Below, one piece after another: positions 40,101-55,100 of a stretch of 64,000 nt of DNA; within the stretch, counting starts at the first letter, position 1, and each line of letters begins with the position of its first letter. The notes under the pieces were generated by a model that was given only the letters and a program-made list of their open reading frames with translations, was not told the origin of the DNA and did no database searches. The stretch lies in contig CM119376.1 in NCBI GenBank assembly GCA_051294905.1, forward strand, positions 18,414,001-18,478,000, given 5' to 3'. The position numbers and the translations under genes are program-made. The DNA is from Botryllus schlosseri (lineage: Eukaryota).

Positions 40101-43100
40101 ATTGTTACTCGATACGACCTCGTTACTTCGTGTAATCATTAGTAGGGTGGGTCGATTTCACTTCGCAGCAGAGTCGCGGTGGCGAGAAGCGTATAGTTCA
40201 GGGGCGGGCAACTTCTCCAGTCGGCGAGCCGGATATAGGTAAATTAGGTACTTGGATTGCTGAATCTATACATTATTCGCTCATTTATCCACATATACAA
40301 GGAATAAATCGTATTTAATGAATGTATTTTAACATTCAGCAATGACATTTCAAAGCCAATTCTCGTCGATAATGACGTAGGCAATGGTGATTTGAGAACA
40401 GCATTGTCATATAGGCGCCACCATGTCTGCTTCTCTCTGAATAATCAACACACGGTGCAAGATTTCGAGGCGTTCGATAAGCCCGGTACCCCAAATTTAC
40501 CAATATATCCATTCATTAGGGTTGAGTAGGTGGCGAGATAGCATAGTGGTATAATCCACAGCTACAACACCATGGGTTGTTCGATCGAGGTCGGCTCCAG
40601 AATTCCTGCCTAAGTGTTGGAGGTTTATCTAGGCTCCGCCTCGCCATCTCATCCGCATAAGCGATGACTTACAAAAGCCTAGGAGTGTGCCGTGCTACAA
40701 GTCGGCGGTTACGGAATCAAAAATAAGAATGATCGGCCTGGTGTAAATGACCATTGTAGTCGACGAACACCATGATTACCACAAACAACATTAGGGTTGA
40801 GCAGATCGTAAATGTCGATAATGCAAGTCTTTTCGCTTCGACGAACTTGCGCGTAAGCTCCACTCTCGCACGCTGCGCACACACGTATATAATAACTAGG
40901 GCGATTTTTTTTTGCCTAAAAACGTAAGATTTTGACCCTAAAATATGAAAATTTTGACATTTTTTTACCTTGAAATTCTTAATTTCGACAAATTTGACCT
41001 AACGTATGCAAATTAGGTGTTTTCCCACATAATGTTAGAATTGTACTACTTATTTTCATTTCTGGTTGGCACTGTCTGTCCTTACGAAGTAGTTTGGCTT
41101 GAAAAAAACTTTTTTGCCTCAAAAACTGACAAATTTTTACATGAAAAAAAAAACACTTTATTTTAACGAAATCTGGCCCTATGATGAATTCCAGTAGTTA
41201 CATTACGCATTAAGGTAGAATTTTTTTTTTTAATGTAGTACAACGAAAGATACTTTCCTACATTCTCGGGTAGAAAGTTCTGTCTTTACTAAGTAGCTTG
41301 CCAAGAATGGAGGAAGAACGATCAACAGCAGCAGTTGTTGGCTAACAACACTGAAGTTGTGGGTACACTGCTGGTGACAAACCGTGTTGCTTCATTCAGG
41401 TGTCTACATCACAATTTTTCATCATGCGCTTCTTGATATAAGAACCATGCAATGCCCACGCAGTCTTGCTGCAGTTGGGATATTGCGGTATGTTGAGCGT
41501 AACACCATGTCAACCTATTTGTTTCATTTGAATGTTTATGATTCACAGTAAGCAGGCAATGAGCCGTCTACAACGGTAGGCCTATAAAGTAGGCTACAAG
41601 CTGTAAAATATCAAATGATAAGTTCACCGACAGTGCAAAATCTACGATACAAACGAAATGCAGGTTGCAAAAAAGTTTTAACTTTGTAAACAATTTTGAC
41701 CTAATTTTGACTTTTTTGTCAAAAAACATCGCCCTAATAATAACATACAGTCACTAAAATTTGACGTAGTAAGCAAGTAGTGGGGAATATTGGCTGCGGT
41801 CCACATTGTCCGCTGGCCGTATGTTGCCAGCCCATGTACGTTCCACTGCTGCAACGTCAATCTGTTGCAGTTTTGCTTACACGGACCGGGCAGCTATGAT
41901 GTCATGATATCGGGATGGTATAGTCCTGTAGGTGAATCGAAGATTACAAAAGTGACTTAATTGTTTCGAGCGTGAGATGATCCATTACTTATTTGAATTA
42001 AGGACTGTATTATCATATACAAAATGAGTGGAATATTTTTGAAGTTGTGTTTTTCATAAGTACCTTGAAACAGGGGGAATTGGCTTGGTATTTGCTTCGG
42101 ACGTTATTGTCCAATAGCATGACAAGAAGAGATCGACTTCAACGTATATAGCAGCGGTCAGCCACCTATGGCTCGAGAGCCATATATGGCTCTTTTGGGT
42201 ATAAGATATGGCTGTTTGCCAAATATTAATTTTTTTATTGAATTGATTAATATTGCAGCAACTAGTTGGTAAATGTTCGTCACGACCAGAATAATTATTC
42301 TCGTGACTGAATAAACATGTCTTTGAGAGGTAAAGACAATGCCGTCTTCAGGGTTAGGGGCTCGGACGGACAACCCTTTTCAAAATCTCCAAATTGAAGT
42401 TGCTGTCGCGCCGGCGACCAATATCACTCGCGAATTCGATGTACCCGCCTCGAAATCTTGCATTGCACGATACGGTGATTGATCAAAAAGATTAGCAGAC
42501 ATGGCGATGCCCATATGACACCGCAGCTATCAAATAAATCTACGGCGCGAAATTAACTGCCGTGGAAGCGACATTCGCAATTACAAATAACGCCATAGCT
42601 ATCCACGTTCTTGATTGGTAAGTCGCTTTGTAGCACCGGCGATAAAATGTAGGCGTGTAGCGCAACGTTATATGTTCCCGCCGAATACTTTGAGAATTGA
42701 GATGGCGATCAGTATTTAGATTTTCGGAATCAGTGCAACAGTTACATTCAATTCATATCAGTTATTATGAATTCTAAGCTATATACGGTGAATTGCGGTA
42801 TCAATGGCGATGTTTGGCCCGTCTGTGCGTTACCTCTCGCTTCGGGGTGAATTCTCGAGTAATAAATATACAAATCGCCTTATTGTGTTTAAAATTCAGT
42901 CATTCACATCGATAGATAATACCAATAGTTATTGAAGGTTTCACAAGTCTCGTTCACTCATTTCGGCGACAGGTGTCGAACTGCCTCGCTGGCCTCCCCT
43001 GACCCCATGTCACTGATGTATCACACCTTACATGGGGTATATACTGCTGTTGTGATCATATTTGGCTCCACTTACGCATGTGATCATGAGTTCTCGCATG

Positions 43101-46100
43101 TAAAAGGAGCATCACAACGAAGCTACGTTCTCGGAACTCAAGTTTCGCAAGCTCGAATAAGGTTACCAGCATGATTCGTACGAGTTTTTATAGAGAAAAT
43201 GATGCGCACACGACGAATCCCATGTTGTTAGTTTATAAAAGTGCTACCATGACGTCACGAATTTTCAATTGTGACGTAACAGTTGATTGACATGTATGGC
43301 TCTTTGGGAGTTAAAATGGAAAAAATGAGCCAATATGGCTCTTCGGAGGAAAAAGGTTCCCGACCCCTGGTATATAGGCTGTGCAGTGTGCAAGTGCATT
43401 ATATTGTTGCATCCTAATTACTGTAAAACTGAGTCGTCTACCTTATGGTTTTTAACACGCGAAAAATATCCTTCATATTTGTGAAGTGTTTTAGTGTAAT
43501 TCAAAATAAAAGGTTCCCAATCTAATATTTAATGAAGCAAGCAAGATGCTGAGAAGATTCGTGGCTAAAGAATATTATATAAATATATAACAATTTTTTG
43601 CGTCAAAATATCCGTCTACCCTACTGATTATATGGAGCTGATTTATATCGACCAGGCGACCATCCATCAAGTCTCCTGGGATTTTCAAGCAATCGCAAGC
43701 TACATCTCGAGATCATGGGAATAGGCTATTGACAGGACTTCGGTTACGTGATTGCTCCATCCAATCCACGTTATCGGTGTCTTACAAAATCCTAGAGCAT
43801 AAGTGGGCCGAGCTATAAGTCGCTATCGCCATATCAGGAATCATATTACGCAATATCGGCCTGCGGGTGTAAAATGATCATTGACCAATTGACCATGGAT
43901 GTCAAAACTCCATGAAAACTGAAACAACAAAAACAACAACAAAAATGAACAAACGTATTATGGTTGCGTATAGCAACGATTGATTGGTTAGCTCTTAGCA
44001 TACTCTCTTATGCGTCTGTGCTAATGGCAAACCCTAATTTGAAACCTGTATAGTAGGGTTCTAAACGTGACGGCAGTAATTTGAGACGCTAGGTTAGATG
44101 TGTCTCCTTCACAAGGAACTGGCACTTTTTGGTCAAAACACGAAGTATTATTTGGTTTTGTATAGCCGTACCGCGGCAATTAACATACATTACCGCACAA
44201 AATACTTCAATAGTGGTCGGGTACTGGCTCGTTTCATTGCAATATTAGAAGCCGTTTATTATAGCAGTATGCATTGTAATTCTTGTAGTCATCATGAGGC
44301 TAGACTATGAATGTCATTTATTATAATCATACATTGAGAATTATGGTCCGACAAACTCGCTTTCTCAGACATATCCAAAATATTGTGCGGGATTTCAATG
44401 ACGTCAGTTGAATTGTGATGTGGCTGCGACCGGAAAATACTATGAAGCAGAGGTGCTCACACTTATTCAGCATGCGAGCCACTTATCGAATGGTCAAGTC
44501 CCACATGTCACTGCACTTCTGACTAACTATAAAACGATATATATAACTATGGCGGCATATGCGCATTGTACATCATGCACTCATGGTATGCAATGCATAT
44601 TAGGGCTCTTCAAAAATGACTTTTTTTCTCAAATCGTACTGGCTACTTGATAAAATTGTTAGGTTACCTAATTTAAGCCTACACACAAAATTTGGTTCAA
44701 TTCCAGCCAGTAACCGCTTTGCTACAGGAGAAGAAACTTTCTATTTATTATATAAAAATAAATAATAAAAAATTTGAAAATTTTCTGTTCACCCCATGAA
44801 AGTGTTAGGCTGTCTATAGAAACGATCCTCACCAAATTTGGTTCAATTCCAACCAGTGGAAGCGGATTTATTGCCGTCGAAAAATTTTGATTTGAATAAA
44901 ATAATATTTACGGTCAGCACAACTTTTATAAATAAACAAAGAATCGGTCACCGTAAATACTATTTTATTCAAATCCAAATTTTTCGACGGCAATAACTCC
45001 GCTTCCACTGGTTGGAATTGAATCAAATTTGGTGAGCAGCGTTTCTAAAGACAGCTTAACACTTTCATGGGGTGAACAGAAAATTTTCAATTTTTTTATT
45101 ATTTATTTTTAAATAATAAATAGAAACTTTCTTTTCCTGTAGCAAAGCGGTTACTGGCTGGAATTGAACCAAATTTTGTGTGTAGGCTTAAATTAGGTAA
45201 CCTAACAATTTTATCAAGTAGCCAGTACGATTTGAGAAAAAAAGTCATTTTTGAAGAGCCCTAATGCATATGCACAGATCATGTGTAATTATATCATGGG
45301 TCGGTTTATATGCCGCAAAAACATCAAGGACAAAAATATGCATCGTCCTATTCCTATATTATTATTACTTGCCCAATACCTTCTCGCAATCTGGACTTCT
45401 GGGTCGTAGTCATTTATTTCTACACTGCGCATTCGCTCCCAGATTCATGATTACCAAAAGAAACATGGATATGGAATATGTCCTTTTATATACCCTTGAA
45501 ATCCGACGATTACAAGGATTTTGAGTAAACTAAATGCATACTGTATAACCTACTGTTATGATAAGAGCAGTAGGCTACTCCTGTACAGTGTACAATAAGG
45601 TCATGACTAGAAAAAAATTCAAAATTTTGTGTGTCCTGTAGTCACAAACGATGAACTTTTGTGTCCTGATTTCAAAATTAACAAAAGTTAAAACTGGTTA
45701 AACAAAAACCTCCCGCACAAAAATTTTCCAGTTTTCACCGTATGAAGGACAGGCTTTTTTTGTAGATCCAGACTATATAATATATATACCGACTTATTTG
45801 AATTGCGAAGATTTAAAATAGTATTTTGGTAAATTGTGATTGCCCAGATTGAATTTATCCTATCGTTTTCTTGCCTAAATACAAAATTAAATAATTATTA
45901 AATAATTATTAATTTTGATTTTAGATGTAGACTGTATATATCGTATAATTTCAATTTGTCTGACACAAATCCAACTGGCTGTTCGAAAAGGCGAAAGTAG
46001 AACAACTCAACATATTTTCAGCGGTCTAGAAAACCGATTCGAGGAATATGATGAAAATTTGAAAATGCCATATCATATGTGACTCAGTATCTGTTGATAC

Positions 46101-49100
46101 TGGGTGGCGGAATGTCGTTGTGAAACTGCAAATTGCAATGATGAGCAAGGGTTTTCATAAATCACAATACATTGGTTGCCAACATAATATTATCCATTCT
46201 TAAAGCATATGTCAGAGTTCTTCAATCCAACATCCTTAATAAATCCAACTGTCGGCTACAAATTTGGAGATGAAATGGTAAAGCACTACGAAAACTTGGT
46301 GCAATCCACCGAGCCATAATTTCAAATGAAAATATTAGAAAACCGAGGATGGAGTGATGATTTTAAGTTTATCTATGTGCTGAGCAGAGCGTGCCGCTCT
46401 TTCATGGAAAAGAGTAGATTACCACTAATCAAATAGCATAAACTTCCATCGCTATGCGATGCGAGATGGAGCTCAAGGGTATAATTCCGTACTCCCAAGT
46501 CTCCAGATGGAAAGTAACTCTTGAGATATCATGCTTATTCATCGCAAATGCGTGTCAGGTAGCCCGGTATTCTAACTACATGTCTATAGATGGAATATAC
46601 TGGAGCCCGACCTATTATCGGTTTGCCGATATTATCGGGACGATATCACATTTTGAAAGAATTATCGGTATCGGCCATTGAAGCTGAAAAATTATCGGCA
46701 ATTTTCGTGACGTCACAACATTGCGGTAGGAAGTCAGAAAACTATCATCTTTGACCGCTAGACTGAGAATATTGATATATGTCACATAGCTTACACTTAA
46801 CTAGTGTCCAGATGTAGCCTTTCTAGTTTATTTCATGTTCAAGTATAGCAATGGCTGTAAAGATGTTCAAATAAATGCTCTGAAGCTTTGAAGACGTGCT
46901 TATGTATATCCAACTTCTTTTGAAGATCGGCTGAATGTATTTGGGTTCTCGGTCAAGGTGTGAGATATCGTTATCGACCAAAAAATTCAATATCATTCGG
47001 GCTCTAGAGTATACCAAAGTTTATTTGCTGTTATCTTTGCGCTAGAATGTCCTGCAGCGATAAAGTGACTAAAAATCCCATTGCAAGTCGGACATGTCTG
47101 TTGTAGATGTCCCTGGCAGTAACATAATAACAGAAAGGGAAGTCAAATTGATGGATGAACTGTACCAGAAGTGCAAAAGGACATATATATGAAGATTAAA
47201 TTTGTAGCAAAGAGTACCTTTGAATTGCAAATTTTTTGTATATTTGGACCAGTGTCGAAAATTGAAGTTAATTTGTGCGGGACATTTTTTTCGTTTTGAA
47301 CAATATGATTATAATTTTATTAATTTATACCAAAATATTCATCAATTCCTGCTACAGGCATTTTTTTTCTAGTCATAACCCTAGTGTACAACTCTGCTTG
47401 GACGCGTAGCTTAGTCATGCAAACAAGTCGTTCAATCTACTGTTTAATGGCACTCTGCTAGCCACTCTGAAATTCGTCTACCTAGCCTAATAGTCTATCT
47501 ACAACACAGCTACCGTATGTCCTAAATGTTACCACAGTAGTATAGGATAACTCATTTCTAAGTGTCATATTCAATAAATGTATATAACCTATGACGGCCT
47601 ACGGGAAAGAGATCTAATCGCAAAGCATTGGAATTCTTACCTAACCAAGTTATTTACTATACGATTACTATACTCGAGCATAAGAAGTCCAAATGGATCC
47701 ACTACAGATACGCTAACAGCGCTCTAAGAAGCGCAGTTTGTCTTCTGTCTTGCTGCATTCGGCAGCTCAAGTATTAGTAACATCCTATAGTATAAGTTTG
47801 TACATAATCTAGGAGTCCTCCTTTTCATCATTCAGCTAAATTAATGCGAAATTTACTCTGTTTAAAATCATATTGTAGGCTTCTGCCAATTCTATAGTCT
47901 GGCCTGGTTATCAGCACTTCTTTATATACATTTTCGATATTGCAAATCCTCTTCCTTCCACTAAATGGACTTCATGTGACCGACGCCAAATTTCGTGACG
48001 TCGACGTTACAAAAATGGCGAGCGAACGGCACTACATGAGGACTTTGAAGGAGCAACTCACACATGTAATCACAACCATGAACTATTCTAAACCTGAGCT
48101 CATAATCCATTGCGAGTATTAAATATTCATGTCTAGTGGAATCCTCAACTGCTGATGTGGATGATAAAACTTTTTTTGACTGCGGCGTAAGAGTTCCGGA
48201 AGGACAAGTATATACAAAAACTTTTCGCGGGACTCTTAAATTACATATTCGATCACCGTAAAAGGCCGCTACTGAACTCGGTAAGCATGAGTGCAAATGG
48301 CGTAGGCCTAATAAAGAAGCAGGCGGGGCCTACGATACGATAAGTTATCGTAGGCCCTGCTGCAAGTAAATAAAAGAAATCCCTACGAACGTTACAATAC
48401 GAGGAAATGGCAATTATTCGATTTCGCATCGAACAGCGTATTCGGCCACCTTCAAATTACAGCAGCATAATGATCCCACTCCGTTTCAAGATACAATGAT
48501 TAATATTTGAGCCTTCGCGGTACCCAGACGCGACTGATGAATAATGCCTCGAAGCATGGTACCGAGTTCGTATTAATTTACCACAAGGAATGGTATCGTC
48601 TTCTGCTAAATGTTTGTTGCTTATACTCGCTCGCTAACCAACTCACTCATTTGTGCCAGGTTTAGGCACAACGCACATTTGGCCAGACGCAACAGATACA
48701 TGTGTAACGATTTGAAATCTCTGGAAGTGACAGGATGAATGAAAAAAATATTCGAGGATTCAGCCAATGATACGCGGAAATTATTGATTACGCGCTTCCT
48801 ACACATCGTTATTCTCACTATTGATTGGATTAATAACGATACATCAGGAGCAATGTTCCCTCTATAATTTTTCACGGGTGTGCGCGCACTCACCAACACA
48901 CTGCAGTGCACCGCTCAACAGTGCGTAACGACTAAAAAAGGTCATCACTTCGGCTTTTTTGTGCGGGCCACATATTTTTCTGTACGCGCAGACTTTGTCG
49001 GCAGTGCGCGCGCGCGCAGCTTAGAGGGAACATTAATCACTAGCAAGGGTCAGCAACTTAAGTGGGGTAAAGGACAGGGCTATGGAGTGTGGAGTCGTGG

Positions 49101-52100
49101 TTTCGTTAAATTTTCTCTGGATGGAGACGAAGTCCGAGTCAGAAAAATTTTGTAACACTCTTTGGAGGCAGGGTTGGAGTTTATGAAATACTCGGACTCC
49201 GACTCCATCTGACCCAAGTAAAATGTGTCTTTGCAGTTACAGAGGCTACCGAGTTTTTCGCGTATACGCGGATTTTTACAAACTTAATTTCTTCCTGCCA
49301 GGACAGTTTTTGTTAAATTCGCTAAATGCTATGTCACTTGGTAAAAATAGTCATTGGAATGTAATATAATAAACGTATAATTTCCTGAGTAGATTTACAG
49401 TCTGAAAGTCTGAAACCCAGCTTGCATTCGTCGGAGTTCCATGCCGTATTCTCTCTCATCCCCTCCATTTCTATCTCGAAGGCGTTCTGTTTCCCTCAAC
49501 TCAAACAGCCTCGTCGGATCCAGATCCGCTTGCGTGCAGTAGTGCCTGACGGAATCCAGTGACTATACATTCTGTTTTCAAACCCAATGAAGAGATTTCA
49601 ACCACGTGCGACCGTCTGTTATTAATCACGAATATCCTACAGTCTATTCGAAATAGGCGTCGCGAAATCACGGACTCCCAAAATACCCTGGAGTCTCACT
49701 TGCACGTGAGAGAGTGACTGTGCAGGCGAGTTTTCGTTGAGGGAAAGCAATTCCTTCGCGAAACATCAAGTCGATCGATGCTTGGTAATGAGCTCTTATC
49801 TGGTTTCGTACAACAACGAAAGCGGTACATGCCGGGCGCGCAGAGTGAGGAAAATCACCGATGTATATCGATCATATTGAAGGATTGTGACCAGAACGTG
49901 TAAACAAGGACGGTCTATATAGTTCACTTGCGGTGAACCAGTATAGTGTTCTCTGGGGATCCAAAGCGGTACCTCGTAGTTTCGATGTGCGGAATTGTGG
50001 CGTGGCAGGGAATCAGTCAGGCGGTTTTCAACGAGAGAGTAAAATCCTCTCATTGCCGTGAAGCGGTAATGGATATCGAGTCGTTATGATATTCGTCTTG
50101 AATATTGTATCATGGTTTGAAATTGGAAATTTCGGGAGTTCCATTCACGCCAGGAAATATACGACAAGGCATCATGCCTACTCCCATTTATTACAACGCG
50201 ACTTTCATACTTCACCAATACAATTGACTAGAACAGTGCGGTCCAATCGGAGTGCACGGTGTGGGTGTAGGGATGCATGAAAATCCAAAAATCTGCATCT
50301 GGTGTACCAGTACATGAAAGGGTGCACAGGGGTGCATAAGAAGCATAATACTTCAGCAACGATTTGTATGTAACGGGTCGTGACCAACGACGAGCGGCGC
50401 TGTTAAGGTGTGTTTTTACTTTATTTTTTAGTAGGCAAATAAAAAAAATGGCAGCGAGCAAACCTATATTCGGCCTTTTTTTAGCCATCACATATTCTCA
50501 GGTCGACCTCAACGCTGAAAAGGTGTAAAGGGTGCGTATGAACTGAAGATCTGGGGGAGATCCAATAAGGATCGCATCGCTGCAGAATGTATAATATTTT
50601 GATTCAATTTTTGTTCCATATAGCTCTCTATATGTCTGTTTCATGGACAGACCATGGAAACAACTACCATAAAGTACTTCTTATTATCGAATTTCACGGC
50701 AATTTTCTACACCATAGACTGCCAGTTTTACGACTATAAGAAACATGGTTATGGATGATGTGAATCGTGGATTTAAGTCTCCTGAGCTGCACTTCGACTC
50801 GCCTACGTTTGTTGTGTTCTGCGACGTTTGGGGATACCCGGCATTTGAGGAAAGCGGAGATGAAGTAAAGGCATTCAGGATTTCGACCGGATCCCCATCA
50901 GATTTGAATTAACGATTTACATTACACCGGTTGTGATCCGAACTGTGAATGGGATACCGACTTTTCTTGGGATCACCCAACAAATTTCAGTCATCATACG
51001 AGACTGGAGTGGACTCAGTTTGACAGAAGAAAAATATGATTGCAAGAGATATATCCACTTATTCCGGTTGTAAAAAAACAAATTGGCTCATATCCGTCAT
51101 TGCTACGCTCTTGTCCCCGTAACGAACTGGAACGAGATCACAATAACGACGGTTCTATTATTTCAAATTAAGCCTATTTCTATTATCTTCCAGAGCAGTA
51201 GAGGAGTTGGTTGATGCCTGATGCAATCGCACTGCGTTTATAAGATCATAATATGACTTGTCGCTCCAGTAACATCGTCACGTGAGACATCTATTACCCC
51301 GGCAATATCTTGCACGGACAGAGGCGTAGACAGGTAAGCAAAAGTGGTTTTGCCATACTGACACTGTGTTAAGAATCTCATTCCCCGTTTCTTGGTGTGA
51401 CGATTAAAAACCTCTCTATCTTCGATATAACTGTACTTTAATTTGCATGGTGAAGTCACGTGACATCATATGCTCATTGTTCATTCGTGTTCACTTAGTT
51501 AGAACCTTTGATAGAATCTCGTATTCACGCGAACCCTACTATGCGCCTTTTATCGATTTCAATAAGCCGTTATCGAATTCAGAGCCGACTCGCTATCATC
51601 ACCATACGGAGACTAAAGAAATGGCGACGGCGTTGTTGCTCTTCGTATTCACGACGTTTTGACTATATTTGACAATGGTCATTACACTTACACCAGGCCA
51701 TTATTTTTTTGAATATTTCTGAGCCGCTAATTTTTAGCACGGCTCACTTTCATTCTAGTAGGGTTACCATATGCCCTCTTTTGAGAGGATTTGTCATCTT
51801 TTTATCAATAAATTGAAAGTGTCCTCGAAGGACGCCTAAATGTACTCATTTTCTGGAACAGTGTTAAAATTCGATCAAAAACTGGACCCCGACGAAGCAA
51901 ACGCTAGAGTTGGCAAGACAATCAACAAAAATACGGCGCCACAGGTAGTTTGAGAGTGGAGATGTGAAAGATGACACCTTTTTAGTCAACACAGTAGGCT
52001 ACAATTGGTCGAAAATATTTCAAAATCATCAGTTTTTATTTCCGGTACTAGAGCTTTCAGAATATCGGTATGCGCAGCTCTGTCTACATTGAAAAACTTA

Positions 52101-55100
52101 CATCTCTCAGGCATCCCACGAAGTTACTTTTCACAGGCGATCCGGGCAGAGTACTCGTTGACGGGGTGCCCCCGACGTAGAACACATCGTTCAAACTGAG
52201 ATAGGAATACCTCTCCTGCGTGAACCGTTGAGTGGTACAAGCGTCGTCCACAGTCAAGTTGACCTGCCGGAATATTTTGTGCAATATGATGATGATCATG
52301 TGCCCGTGCATGAACGACAGTGCATGGCTAAAACAACTAATATGAACAATCGCACATGATTCCTGTTGCAGAATTTCGGATGCATGTATGTTGCAACATT
52401 TGTGAAGACGGATTTGTAAACATCATGAAGCTTGCTACAACTTCACTAGCCGTCACTGTGATATGACGCATTCATAACGAACTCGGTGATCTTGTATGTA
52501 CCAAGCGCACAGTGCCGGATATCTTTTAGCAGCAATACATTCCATTAAAACAGGGCTTCTCGAACTGAGGGTCATAATATGCCGGAATGACAATGTCATT
52601 CTTCGACACCACTGTCGCAGGATGACTATAATACCAATGAGTTTATAGTGCGAACCCTTGAAATGCTCAGGTACGCTAGCGCTCGAACTTTTATGCAGAG
52701 TTCAATGGCAACGAGAACTCGTATGACGCCACATTAATAATACCGTTGTGTACTAAAAGGTGGTATGGGTCGACAGTACACTAAAATGCTTCGTTTATTT
52801 TGCATGAATAAATTAGAAGAATATTTTGGGCAAGAATTATGGATCCTCCTACCTCAAAAATGTTCTTCGCGTCTCGCACATTAGATAACTAGTTATCTAT
52901 ACTCTCACGATCTCCTCTAAATGGCGTACACTGCGAACATTTTCAATTAGTTTGGCCACATGTACAGACAAGTTGTTACAGCAATATAGCCGGCACCCCA
53001 AACAGTCTGTCCATTGTCCACCCTGACGTAGTTAGATTGAATGTTATAGTATAAGGTTGTCTTCTTTGGTATGTGATAAGTTCTATATAGTTTTCACGAG
53101 CAAACCGGATAAGGAGAGACAGTTGACCAATTGGCTTGTTGGGTGTAGGGCAGGCTTGGGCATCGTGCGGCCAGCGACGCGATTCTGACGGCCCGCAGAA
53201 ACTTCTTTGGAATCAAGACCATACAATATATTTGTTAATTTTAATGCGTGGACTAAAACTGTATAGGCTGTATAAACTGAATCGGACATGCGTTTACTTT
53301 GAAGTCTAGTTTATTTATGTATCGTGATTCGTAATTACGTAACTTTCGTACGTCGTATGAGTAATCCAGGTCCAAATAAAGCCAATACAGCAAAGTATGC
53401 CGTAACAGGCAAAGGTGGGTGTCTGATCTCAAAGACTACTCCAAGTCGTTTCGGCACCTTTCTATCATTTCACTGTATCGCAATTTTTGTGGTGTTTTGA
53501 AATGATGAAAATATTAATAAACTGATACTGATACTGACAATTAAAATTACAAGACACTGTTTCCATATTCAAGTTCAGATCTTGTGTGTTGCCACTGATA
53601 CATGAGCAATTACAAACGCTTTTCTTTAACGGTTACGTGATACGTTTCCAAATCCTAATTCGTAAAATAATGTAATTATAAGACGTGATTAGCGGTCATC
53701 CTCACCTCACTCATTCACGATGTTATGTCAAGCAACGAGAGGTAGGCTACAACTGGAGGCCGACATTTAAACAAGATTTGAAGCACTCAATATTTGTTTA
53801 CTGAAGTCAGTCGAGAATCAGTCATTTTTAGTGTATGATGAGTACCGAGCAGGTCTCCGTGTTTAAGGAATATAATTTGAATCGGCACTATGATGCCCCG
53901 AAATATATACTCTCGGCTGGTGTGGAACACCTACTACTGAAGCTCAAGCAAAACAGCAGGGCTATTTTACCAAGCCACACAGAGCTCTGGACGCAGCCCA
54001 ATATTAACAAATCCAATTAGCATGTGTTAATAATGTAAATTCACTGACTTCAATTTGGATATAAAACTGCACATCTTGGCCGGCACCGTATTTTCTGCTT
54101 CACATTTGACTCGCCGGGAAAAATAACTGCCCACCCATGCTGTAGGGGCTACTTCAGAAGCGGCCGGTTACTGCGAGGTGACGTAGACAATTATTTGTTA
54201 AAGAGAGTTCCGGAACATAAATTTGGAGATACTCTGTTAAATAACATGGGTAGGCTCACGTTGAAAGAAAGTGAGTTTTTTTATCACCTTACGAATCCAG
54301 TGTCGTGATCGTGACTATAGAACCTTTGTGCGCCGAATGGAAGCTGATATCCACAGCGATTCCGGTTTCAACGTACACAATACCGTAACTGCGAAGCTGT
54401 TATCCGGGGCGTTTTTAACAATCGTGCCATTGGAATAGATAAAATTCCATTGCCTATCTATAAGTTTAAAATTCTACAATTCCCCTGTTAACACGACGAA
54501 TTGTGTACCAGGAGAGGCGCTAGAGCGCTACAGGACCTGCATTGCACTGGAAAATCAGATTTCGAGTCTATCCATTTTATATATTTTATTCCGTGAGGTT
54601 CACGTAGTTGTTTTTTATGGTTTCGATTAGTCATTTAGTCATTAAGTCATTTACAACCACTTTCAATCTAGGCTTTTTTGTAATGCACCACTTACGCAGA
54701 TCGGGTGGCGATGGCGAGGAGGAACCTAGACAGAGCCTGCTGGCAGTATACGCGACCAAATGGGATTGCTACAGTATATGTGCGTGACATGCGACGCGGC
54801 AAGCACGTGAACTCTGATGAATCATTCACGAAGTGATTAAGACCCTTCCTGACAACGCATACCAGCACTCAGCAGGTGTTATGGAAAAACTGAAGGTTTG
54901 CCTCATATCAACTTCGTTTCACACTGCAACGCGAAACATATAATCATGTAGGGACGGTATGCCCGATGCAGCGGTACCCAAATATGGATAAAAAGATTTG
55001 AATTATTTAGTATTTTAGACAGTGACTAACCCACAGCCATCTCATGGCATGTAAGCTGTAATTACTGTACTGTCGTAAGCACCTATGGCTGCAGCACAGC

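Noticed and set aside
54293-54343. 51-nt phase-0 segment ([17 protein letters not shown]) in the SS2 intron
   Set aside because: The acceptor lacks a pyrimidine tract and there is no homology; the 56850-56882 candidate is better
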